From the sequence record SRR20825019_49: a stretch of DNA of 44,666 nt; one strand, 5' to 3'. The notes under the pieces are model-generated. The model saw nothing but the letters and a program-made list of their open reading frames with translations, searched no databases and had not been told where the DNA came from. Shown here piece after piece: positions 28,786 through 37,091 of this stretch (its first letter is position 1; each line of letters starts with the position of its first letter). The position numbers and the translations under genes were made by a program.

Positions 28786-29361
28786 ATGAGCGTAGGCGGA
28801 TTTATCTTCTGGGGATTGCTTGCTGTTTTACTGGTTTATATCGTCATTATCTATAATAACCTGGTCAGTCTGAAACATAATGTCAGTAAAGCCTGGTCCA
28901 ATATCGACGTCTTGCTTAAACAGCGCCATGACGAACTGCCGAAACTGGTGGAAACCTGCCGTCAATATATGCAATACGAGCAGGAAACCCTGGAAAAAGT
29001 CATGCAGGCACGCGCTTCGGTAGCCAGTGCTCAACAGCAGGGTGATGTGGCGCAACTTGGACAGGCTGAGGGAGCTCTGAGACTCGGGCTGGGTAATTTG
29101 TTCGCTCTGGCAGAAGCTTATCCGGAACTGAAAGCCGACGAAACGTTCCAGCACTTGCAGGCCCGAATAAGCGGCCTTGAAAATGCCATTGCCGACCGCC
29201 GCGAGTTCTACAATGAAAGCGTCAATATCAATAACGTTCGAATTGAACAGTTTCCGGATGTCATGATCGCCCGTCTTTTCAACTTCAAAGCCTTTACATT
29301 GCTGGAATTCAGTGCAGAAGAAACGGCCGATGTGAACCTGCGCAGCCTGTTTGAACAGTAA
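28786..29361 (+). CDS. lemA: LemA family protein
   Basis: N-terminal TM, YN.LV.L...V..AWSNIDV.LKQR.D..P.LV, EAYPELKA, RREFYN, FP. Confidence 0.95.
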   Translation: MSVGGFIFWGLLAVLLVYIVIIYNNLVSLKHNVSKAWSNIDVLLKQRHDELPKLVETCRQYMQYEQETLEKVMQARASVASAQQQGDVAQLGQAEGALRLGLGNLFALAEAYPELKADETFQHLQARISGLENAIADRREFYNESVNINNVRIEQFPDVMIARLFNFKAFTLLEFSAEETADVNLRSLFEQ

Positions 29362-30261
29362 ATGCAGGATTTCCTGACTGCAATCGCACTTGAAATCAGG
29401 AAGCTCAGTGAATGGGAGTTCTGGCTGGGCGCTGCACTGGCGGCGGCTGTCGTGGTGTTTTTATTCTGGCGAATGGCTTGCTGGTATCAGCATGCCCGGT
29501 TGATTGAAAATATACCCACCGCCCGTATACGCTCGGCACCGCAGGGTTATATTGAACTGATTGGACAGGCCGGCATGATGGAAGGGCCGGTGATTTTTTC
29601 ACCTTTATCGCAGACCCGCTGCGTCTGGTTTTCCTACAAAATTGAAGAAAAGACGCGTGAATACAATGCTAAAGGCCAGAGTCACAGTCGCTGGCATGTG
29701 GTGAAACAGCAAACCAGCGAAGCCATTTTTCTGCTTGATGATGGTAGCGGCGAGTGCGCCATCGATCCGGATGATGCGAAGGTGATTACCCGTAACAAAC
29801 GAGTCTGGTATAAACATGATGTGGTGCCGCCGCGACGTTACACTGAATGGACAATACTTGAAGGTGAGCCTTTATATGCCATGGGCCTTTTCAAAAGCGT
29901 TGCCAGTGTCGAAGACCAGAGTATTCGCCACCAGGTGAGCCACAAACTGCGCGAGTGGAAACAGGATCCCAATCAGTTGCTCCATCGTTATGACAGTGAC
30001 AAAGATGGCCAGATCAATGAAAAAGAATGGCAACAGGCAAGACAGGATGCGACTGTGGCAGTAAAACGGCAAATCGGGCAACGTGCCAAAATGAAACAAC
30101 TCAGTATCATGCGTAGCAGTCCCCACAAAAACCAGCCGTACATTTTGTCGACCATCCCTGAAACTAAACTGATTGCACGTTATCAACGCTATGCCCTGGC
30201 GGCCATGGCGGGATTTCTTATTCTGGGTACGATGCTCATTTGGGCCATTAATCAGCGTTGA
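29362..30261 (+). CDS. GIDE-domain membrane protein with an EF-hand-like insert
   Basis: TM, PT.RIRSA.QGY.EL.G, SPLS...CVW..Y, F.LDDGSG...IDP; DSDKDGQINEKE loop; C-terminal TM. Confidence 0.75.
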   Translation: MQDFLTAIALEIRKLSEWEFWLGAALAAAVVVFLFWRMACWYQHARLIENIPTARIRSAPQGYIELIGQAGMMEGPVIFSPLSQTRCVWFSYKIEEKTREYNAKGQSHSRWHVVKQQTSEAIFLLDDGSGECAIDPDDAKVITRNKRVWYKHDVVPPRRYTEWTILEGEPLYAMGLFKSVASVEDQSIRHQVSHKLREWKQDPNQLLHRYDSDKDGQINEKEWQQARQDATVAVKRQIGQRAKMKQLSIMRSSPHKNQPYILSTIPETKLIARYQRYALAAMAGFLILGTMLIWAINQR

Positions 30262-30269
30262 ATAAAATC

Positions 30270-32195
30270 ATGCAAGACGATATCGAACAATTATTCGCCG
30301 ATGATGGCCTGCTATCCAGACATGTCGAGCATTACAATGCCCGCAGCCAGCAAATAGAGATGGCAGAGAAAGTCAGCGAGGCACTGACAAACCGGGAAAC
30401 CCTGATTGCCGAAGCCGGTACTGGCACTGGCAAGACCTACGCTTATCTGGCACCGGCGATTTTATCCGGCCAAAAAGTCTTTATCTCAACCGGTACAAAA
30501 AATCTTCAAGATCAATTATTTAAAAAAGATTTACCGAAACTGCGTGAAGTCTTGTCGGTGCCATTAAAAGCCGCTTTATTAAAAGGCCGCAGCAATTATC
30601 TATGCCATTACCGGCTGTCTCTGGCAGAAACAGAGCCTAGCAGTGCAATGAACCAACATGTGCTGCATCAGCTACGCGAATGGTCTGGTAAAACTGACGC
30701 TGGTGATCTAAGCGAAACCGACCTGCTGGAAGAACAATCTATTTTATGGCCCAAAGTCACCTCCACGGTAGACAATTGCCTGGGACAGCAATGTCCTGAC
30801 TACGATCAATGCTTTATTGTCGAGGCAAGGCGTAAAGCGCAGGAAGCCGATATTGTTATCGTCAATCATCACCTATTAATGTCTGATATGGCGCTGAAAG
30901 CCTCGGGGCAGGGTGAAGTCTTGCCGGATGCTGATGCCTTTATTATTGATGAGGCACATCAGTTACCGGCGATTGCCAGTCAGTTTCTGGGCCACCGGAT
31001 CAGCAGTCATCAGTTGCAGGAACTCAGCCGCGACAGTGTGCGGGAGATGGAACTCGAAGCTAATGATATGGATAGCATCCGTCAGGCAGCTGACAAGCTC
31101 GAAAATCGCTTGCACCAACTCAAGCTGACGATGGGGGACAGTGAACAACGATTGCCCTGGCATCAGTGTCTGCAGCGTTTTCCCGAAGTGAGAGAAAAGC
31201 TGGAGGTGTTCATCAGTGCCCTGGAAACCCTGATGGAATCACTGGAAACCGCGAGTGAACGGAGCCGGGGACTGGAACAATGCTTTGAACGCAGTCAGGA
31301 TTTAATTGATCGTCTGTCTATCTTCAATGATAACGATCAAGATGAAAACCTGGTGTTATGGCTGGATATTCGTAGCAATGGATTCGTCATGCATGCCACA
31401 CCGCAGGACGTCAGTCAGCACTTCCAGCAATGGATATCGGACAAGCCCAGTGCCTGGGTATTCACTTCCGCCACGCTGACTGTCGCCGGTAAATTTAATA
31501 ACTTTATTCAGCAGTTGGGGCTGGAAGATCCCATCACCGCCAGTTGGCCGAGTCCATTCGATTATGCCCGGCAAAGCCTTTTGTATATGCCGACGATTCC
31601 GGTTGAGCCATCACACTCGTCTTATAACGAACATATTGCTGAGATTGCACGATCGGTGATTGAACACAGCCGTGGCCGTACATTCCTGCTTTTCACCAGT
31701 TATCGCGCTCTCAATGAAGTGGCTGAGGCATTGCAGGATATGGATTATCCGATCCTGGTTCAGGGGAGCCGGGCTAAAAATCAGCTGTTAGCCGAGTTCA
31801 GAGACCATGGCAATGCGGTATTGCTGGGCACCAATAGCTTCTGGGAAGGGGTCGATGTGCGTGGGGAAGCATTATCCTGCGTATTAATTGATAAGATTCC
31901 GTTTGCTTCACCCGGGGATCCGGTTTTAGAAGCTCGAATTAACCATCTGAGAGAGCGGGGCGGCAATCCGTTCCGATCTATTCAGATACCGTCAGCGGTC
32001 ATTCAGCTGAAACAGGGTATCGGCCGACTGATTCGCGACGAGCACGATTCGGGCGTTCTGGTGTTGTGTGATCCCCGTTTTTTGAGCAAACCTTACGGCA
32101 AAGTATTCATGCGCAGTTTGCCGCCGATGCCCATCACGCAGAAAATAGATGATGTGGCGGCTTTTTTCAGCGAAGAGGCCATTACTGCAGATTAA
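30270..32195 (+). CDS. yoaA: YoaA/DinG family Fe-S ATP-dependent DNA helicase (alternative TTG start 30258)
   Basis: EAGTGTGKT, KGRSNYLC, C.G..C...C cluster, DEAH, SATL, FWEGVDV.G, QG.GRLIR. Confidence 0.92.
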   Translation: MQDDIEQLFADDGLLSRHVEHYNARSQQIEMAEKVSEALTNRETLIAEAGTGTGKTYAYLAPAILSGQKVFISTGTKNLQDQLFKKDLPKLREVLSVPLKAALLKGRSNYLCHYRLSLAETEPSSAMNQHVLHQLREWSGKTDAGDLSETDLLEEQSILWPKVTSTVDNCLGQQCPDYDQCFIVEARRKAQEADIVIVNHHLLMSDMALKASGQGEVLPDADAFIIDEAHQLPAIASQFLGHRISSHQLQELSRDSVREMELEANDMDSIRQAADKLENRLHQLKLTMGDSEQRLPWHQCLQRFPEVREKLEVFISALETLMESLETASERSRGLEQCFERSQDLIDRLSIFNDNDQDENLVLWLDIRSNGFVMHATPQDVSQHFQQWISDKPSAWVFTSATLTVAGKFNNFIQQLGLEDPITASWPSPFDYARQSLLYMPTIPVEPSHSSYNEHIAEIARSVIEHSRGRTFLLFTSYRALNEVAEALQDMDYPILVQGSRAKNQLLAEFRDHGNAVLLGTNSFWEGVDVRGEALSCVLIDKIPFASPGDPVLEARINHLRERGGNPFRSIQIPSAVIQLKQGIGRLIRDEHDSGVLVLCDPRFLSKPYGKVFMRSLPPMPITQKIDDVAAFFSEEAITAD

Positions 32196-32569
32196 TTCAG
32201 ATCGGCAGCAAACTCTTTCAGTAAATCCAACGGTATGACTTCGGTTGCTCTCTGGTGTGTCCCCGCCAAGTAAACACGCGGGGCCATATTATGTTCATAG
32301 GCCTCCAGCCAGCGAACCGCGCACAGGCACCAGCGATCACCTTCCTTGAGACCTGGGAAACCGAATTCCTCCATTGGCGTAGTCAGATCATTACCGCGGA
32401 AACGCGAGTATTCAAGAAAGGCCTGGTTAACCTGAACACAAACCGTGTGCTGTCCGAAATCGGCATCACTGGTATTGCAGCAACCATCTCGATAAAAGCC
32501 AGTCAACGGTTCTTCACTACAGCTTTGCAGTGGTTCCCCAAAGACATTTAAGGACTCATCTATATCCAT
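32192..32569 (-). CDS. DUF2237 family protein
   Basis: NVFGEPL..CS..PLTGFYRDGCC.T...D.G.H.VC, FPGLK.GDRWCLCA.RW. Confidence 0.92.
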   Translation of the reverse strand: MDIDESLNVFGEPLQSCSEEPLTGFYRDGCCNTSDADFGQHTVCVQVNQAFLEYSRFRGNDLTTPMEEFGFPGLKEGDRWCLCAVRWLEAYEHNMAPRVYLAGTHQRATEVIPLDLLKEFAADLN

Positions 32570-33012
32570 TAATCACCTGGTTTCCTTAACATTTTCCGGA
32601 CTTCACCGACATGGGCTTCTTCTTCGGCTATTTTCTGGCGGGCATATTCTTCCAGCATCACACTTTTAGCTTCAACCAGTTTGAGTAAGGCATGATACTT
32701 CTCTATAGACAGCTGCTCATGCTCGAGTGATTCGTGCAGAATCGCACCGATATCGTGTTGTTGAGACTCCAGCAACGGCCCGATGCCCAGTGAAGGGTGA
32801 TAGCCAAGATGAGTAATGAGTTCACCTGCCTCCTGCGCATGGGCCAGCGATTCGTCTGCCTGGCTTCGCATCCAGGACACAATAGGAATACGTCCGTAAC
32901 CGTAAACCATAAAAGAATAGTGGGTGTAGCGCACCACACCCGCCAATTCGGTTTCCAGTATTTGATTCAGTAAATTTACAACGCTGTCAGTATCTAAAGG
33001 CTGGTCAGTCAT
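32569..33012 (-). CDS. Ferritin-like (bacterioferritin-related) protein
   Basis: ELAGVVRY.HY, ES..HA, LEHE, EE..H ferroxidase-type residues. Confidence 0.85.
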   Translation of the reverse strand: MTDQPLDTDSVVNLLNQILETELAGVVRYTHYSFMVYGYGRIPIVSWMRSQADESLAHAQEAGELITHLGYHPSLGIGPLLESQQHDIGAILHESLEHEQLSIEKYHALLKLVEAKSVMLEEYARQKIAEEEAHVGEVRKMLRKPGD

Positions 33013-33029
33013 AGCAGACCTCCCGTCAT

Positions 33030-33236
33030 TTAGCTCAGATGAATGGTGCCATCCACTTTATGTTTGATGGATAGCGCGGGAACATCCAAAGTCATTTTTA
33101 CCTCAATGGTTTCCATGCCATTGAGCTCATCATTATCCAAAGCACGGATAATCGCATGCTCGATTTCACGCTGTGAGGTAACGCCGACTTGCTTGAGGAA
33201 CTTGCGAATATCCATGTTCAGCATTTCTTCGTTCAT
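33030..33236 (-). CDS. DUF6494 family protein
   Basis: MNEE.LNM.IRKFLK.VGVTSQREIE; GGAGG RBS. Confidence 0.85.
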   Translation of the reverse strand: MNEEMLNMDIRKFLKQVGVTSQREIEHAIIRALDNDELNGMETIEVKMTLDVPALSIKHKVDGTIHLS

Positions 33237-33256
33237 GGTATTCCTCCGGTACGAAT

Positions 33257-33640
33257 TTAATCGTATTTGATGTATTTGAAGCGCGGATCGTCCGGCGTAC
33301 CGGTCAAAGCGCCTTCATCCAGGCCTGGCTGCCACATCACCACTTCCTCGATTTTGCTGGCCAGCTCGAAATCCTTATCCGTGATGCCTTTGGCCGCATG
33401 ATTGGTCAATTTGACGATAACAAAGGCATAGGACACAGTGAGATCAGGGTGATGGAACGCGGCTTCAGCCAGATGACCAACGGTATTGACCACCATCAAG
33501 GTGCTTTTCCAGCTACTGGTTTTGTATTTGCGCCGTATCCAGCCATTCTCCAGATACCAGTTGGGTAGCGCTTGCTTCAGTCGCGCTTCAACTTCTTCAT
33601 CAGTGTAGGTTTTTTCTTTTCCATCTTCTCTCCAGCTCAT
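33257..33640 (-). CDS. Pterin-4a-carbinolamine dehydratase family protein (methylotroph PcbD type)
   Basis: AEAAFHHPDL, L.NHAAKGITDKDFELA..IE; ATG 33640 with AAGGAGG RBS. Confidence 0.9.
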   Translation of the reverse strand: MSWREDGKEKTYTDEEVEARLKQALPNWYLENGWIRRKYKTSSWKSTLMVVNTVGHLAEAAFHHPDLTVSYAFVIVKLTNHAAKGITDKDFELASKIEEVVMWQPGLDEGALTGTPDDPRFKYIKYD

Positions 33641-33788
33641 GATAATCACCTCCTTTACGTCAATTGTACGCCCAGTTAGACATATTTAAATATCGCTGTC
33701 AAAACGATGCCAAATAGCGGGAAACGGTTTGTCTCCAAGCGTTTAAAGAGTAAGATGAAGTCATTGATTTTGAAGAAGGGGAGACAAT

Positions 33789-34613
33789 ATGAACGATGCC
33801 GCCAGCTTCAGAGAAGTCGGTTTCTTATCAGAACAATGCTGCCATGGCGATTTGGCCACGGAGATTCAACAAAGCAGTTATTACACAGTCTGCAAAGACC
33901 TCAACAAGCTGGGGCAATCCGTACTCAATCATTGTCATATCCACCCTGACGATGAAAAAGAGGTCTATCTGACACTTCATTTCCAACGCATGCTGTCAAA
34001 TTTTCAGTCCATCATCCTAATGTCAGAACGCGGCATGACCCACCAGGTCGAGATTATGGCCCGTTGTATGCTTGAACTCCTGTTCAATCTGGTGGCATTT
34101 CATCAACATGACGATCTGCTGGAAGCGATGACAGTCGGCAATGACGATCAAAGAAGGGAAGTGCTGATACGGCTTTATAATCAGCAACTTGAAACGCCTA
34201 CCTTGACTGAAGATGAGATGGCCTATCTGAAAAAAATCATTAACAGTGCTGATGAAGATGATCGTGACGATATTCCTGTGTTCATGAAAGCCGAGCTTTC
34301 TGGTTTATTAAATGAATATCGCACGACATATCAATTACTCAGCGAGAGCGTTCACAGTAATCTGCATTCGCTGAAAGCAGATCTTGAAATGGATGAACGC
34401 AGTGATGCGATAGTCGGTATCAACACCCGTGCTGATCATCAGGACAGAATATCTACGTTAATGTTAACCGCCGGTGACTATCTGATAAGCGGCGTTGAGA
34501 TCATGCTCAAAATTCACCGCCAACCAGACGAACAAACATCCAGCCTGGAAACAATAAAACACAAAGCTCAGGATGTCTGGAAACATATCGTGGTGAAAGT
34601 CTCACATCGATAA
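33789..34613 (+). CDS. Hypothetical helical protein, DUF5677/HEPN-like
   Basis: ARCMLE, A..SGL...Y...Y..LSESVHS pattern; GGGAG RBS; own terminator. Confidence 0.6.
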   Translation: MNDAASFREVGFLSEQCCHGDLATEIQQSSYYTVCKDLNKLGQSVLNHCHIHPDDEKEVYLTLHFQRMLSNFQSIILMSERGMTHQVEIMARCMLELLFNLVAFHQHDDLLEAMTVGNDDQRREVLIRLYNQQLETPTLTEDEMAYLKKIINSADEDDRDDIPVFMKAELSGLLNEYRTTYQLLSESVHSNLHSLKADLEMDERSDAIVGINTRADHQDRISTLMLTAGDYLISGVEIMLKIHRQPDEQTSSLETIKHKAQDVWKHIVVKVSHR

Positions 34614-34636
34614 CGCTTTAAATTATTCATCTTAAT

Positions 34637-34668
34637 GCCTGGCTGAGAAATTCAGTCAGGCTTTTTTT
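34637..34668 (+). terminator. Rho-independent terminator
   Basis: GCCTGGCTGA-gaaat-TCAGTCAGGC followed by T7. Confidence 0.88.
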
Positions 34669-34833
34669 ATGCTTTTCGGATTTTAAAATCTGAGCGACTT
34701 TACCAGGGTTCAATACACCACAAATTAAATTTTGAACCGGTTTTTCTGAAAGATTTTGAGTGAGAAAGAGAAGAAAGCTGATTTCTCATTGTGAGCACTC
34801 ACATAGTTACTGACCATTGGTGGTTAATAGTTG

Positions 34834-34861
34834 ATTTAACATAATATATATTATACGAACT
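34834..34861 (-). other. dif: Chromosome dimer resolution site dif (XerC/XerD)
   Basis: Minus strand reads AGTTCGTATAA-TATATA-TTATGTTAAAT; XerD arm identical to E. coli dif; intergenic. Confidence 0.92.
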
Positions 34862-34915
34862 TAGATTTATGGAAAGAAAAACGAGAAATCGCTTTTGGAG
34901 GTTCGTTTCTATGGT

Positions 34916-34943
34916 TATTCGGCTAATATGCGTTATGACAAAC
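34916..34943 (+). other. Degenerate second dif-like site, inverted relative to dif
   Basis: TATTCGGCTAA-TATGCG-TTATGACAAAC keeps 11-6-11 geometry and the TAA/TTATG inner ends. Confidence 0.45.
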
Positions 34944-35133
34944 AACGCAACTATTCAGGACTGGTCCGGGATTTAAAATCTGGGCAGGTTTACGCTACTC
35001 AGAGACCAACTAGGTTTTAAATTCTGAATTCTGTTTGTTCCGTAGTTTATGAGCCACGGTAAATAAACAACTTCACAATGTAAGCATATGCTGATACTTT
35101 GAAGTTACTGCCAGATTATTCAGGGAACGACTC

Positions 35134-35736
35134 ATGAACCAATCTAAATTCAGTTTATTGTTATGCATGCCTGTTTTGCTGGTTCTCACCTTGTTTCAAA
35201 CTGGATGTGATCAATCAAATCAGGAGGATTCATCTCAAACCGGTAATAAGGCGGACACTGCTTCGCCTGTTGAGACAGTTGCCGAACAACCCAGCCAAGA
35301 ATCAAAAAAAGCTGCGGCTGAGACGACACCTGAACAGAATGCCGTGTCCCCTGCTCCTTCAACGATAACGGCTACTGAAACAAACCCTTCGATAGACGAA
35401 ATGCAAGTATCCGCCGAGTTATATCAGGTTGTTGATGGTAATAAGCTGGATGAATTCAGTTATGAGGGCTTTAAGCTTTACCGGAACTGGTGTGCGCGTT
35501 GTCATGGCACATACGGACAAGGCATGGTCGGGCCTAATCTCGCCGAAAGCCTCAATGTCATCAGTAAAGAGCAGTTTGTTGAAGTAGTCACGCATGGTAA
35601 GACTGGACAGATAGGGAGTATGCCCGCCTGGGAGTCAAATCAGGGTGTGATGAACGGTATGGATAATCTCTACGCCTACCTTAAAGCCCGTGCTGATGGT
35701 GCTATTGGCGAAGTTAAACCAACTAAACAGAAGTAG
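35134..35736 (+). CDS. Monoheme c-type cytochrome, probable lipoprotein, related to methanol-metabolism cytochromes c
   Basis: CARCH heme motif, MPAW distal Met, LYAYLKARADGA; lipobox-like LFQTG-C; low-complexity linker. Confidence 0.85.
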   Translation: MNQSKFSLLLCMPVLLVLTLFQTGCDQSNQEDSSQTGNKADTASPVETVAEQPSQESKKAAAETTPEQNAVSPAPSTITATETNPSIDEMQVSAELYQVVDGNKLDEFSYEGFKLYRNWCARCHGTYGQGMVGPNLAESLNVISKEQFVEVVTHGKTGQIGSMPAWESNQGVMNGMDNLYAYLKARADGAIGEVKPTKQK

Positions 35737-35990
35737 TTTCGATACCAGCAATACAGTGCTAACGCTCATTCTACCTATTCAGCTGTTCAGGCTGGGTAGA
35801 TTCCTTGAATCTGAAAATCCAGAACGTGGCCACCTTCAGTGCATTGTTTTTTGGTCGGCAAATATGCTGTTTACCGCGATAGTTTTAATGTATCAATTAG
35901 CTAACCCGAATTTGAGGAAATGCCTTTCGAGTATACCTCTCACTTTACTTTATAAAAACAATATAAATATATGACTTATAATGAAAAGCA

Positions 35991-36977
35991 TTAAGATTTC
36001 AGTTCAGTTGAATTCGTAGTGCTCAGATCAAATGCACTGCTTGCTTCATACTTTCTTATGAAATATTTTTTACCAGATATTGAATCATCCTGAGCTTTTT
36101 TTGCGCTACGAGTCTGTTGATTGTATCCCAACTGGTATGCGGTTTATTAAGCATTAGCTGGATGATATTTTTACGTAACAGTTGGACTGCCGTTATCGAT
36201 AATATATCGTTCAACACAATCCTCATTGGCTGAGAAGATCTCCTCTTCCTCTGCGATCAGTAGCTCAGTCTGAGACACTTTTTTGCTTAGATACTGAAAG
36301 ATTTCATTTAATTTTCCAGGCTCAGGAGCACGGTAATCAGGTTTAGTTACCGTTCTGGTGGGAACTGCAATATAGGCCTTATCTGGTTGCAGCTGTTCTA
36401 AAAAATCTGCCAACCTTATTATGCCTAAGTCTGCTGTATTGACTTTGTCCAATAGCATTGTCACGGTGGTTAAGGTGCCATCAAAATCCTCGGCAAAATT
36501 TATGAGTGAAGACAGAATTCTGTCAAAATCCAGCATCGCAGCAGGTCGGTTGATCTTTTTCCATATTGACTCATCGACCGTGTCAACTTTGAATGATACC
36601 CAGTCAGCCAGCTTAAAGGCTTCTTGAACATCACTTCGCCAGATCAACGAGGCATTGCTGATGACGGCAATCTTAATTTTCAAATCTTTGAGTAACGAGA
36701 TGGTCTCAGTGAGATATTCATCCAGCGTAGGCTCACCAGACGGTACAAAGGTCAGATAATCGATGCTTTCGCCAGCATCATAAATTTCCTGAACCTTGTT
36801 TTTGACACAATCAAAAATGAACTGTGGTTTGTAATAACTTTGTCTGACTGTTTCAGTCCGGCTGGTCTCTCCAACCTGACAGTAAAGGCAAGAATAAGAA
36901 CAATGTTTGGGAGGAATATTACTGATACCCAGACTGCGACCAAGCCGCCTTGAGGGTACGGGGCCAAATGCAATCAT
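35991..36977 (-). pseudogene. Radical SAM protein with frameshifted C-terminus
   Basis: FGPVPSRRLGRSLG, CSYSCLYC, SGEPTL; family-like C-terminus continues in other frames after ~36218 (DILSITAV..) and ~36075 (GKKYFIRK). Confidence 0.8.
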
Positions 36978-37051
36978 GTGAACCTCTCATTCACAGGCGA
37001 AAACTCAAATCAATATTAATGAGTTTGATATGGACTCAGCGGCAAACCAAG

Positions 37052-37079
37052 TGCTGACCGACCTACAGGTCGGCCAGCA
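37052..37079 (-). terminator. Strong hairpin downstream of the acidic secreted protein (terminator or stabiliser)
   Basis: Minus strand TGCTGGCCGACC-tgta-GGTCGGTCAGCA, followed only by a weak U tract (CTTGGTTTG). Confidence 0.6.
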
Positions 37080-37091
37080 TCAACCGGTTTA

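Noticed and set aside
1434-32939. Many 60-190 aa ORFs overlapping or antisense to the long genes in the ORF track
   Set aside because: Nested in well-supported genes with no recognisable motifs; typical shadow ORFs
35690-35974. 94-aa ORF downstream of the cytochrome
   Set aside because: Overlaps the cytochrome 3' end and a hairpin, has no RBS and no recognisable motif
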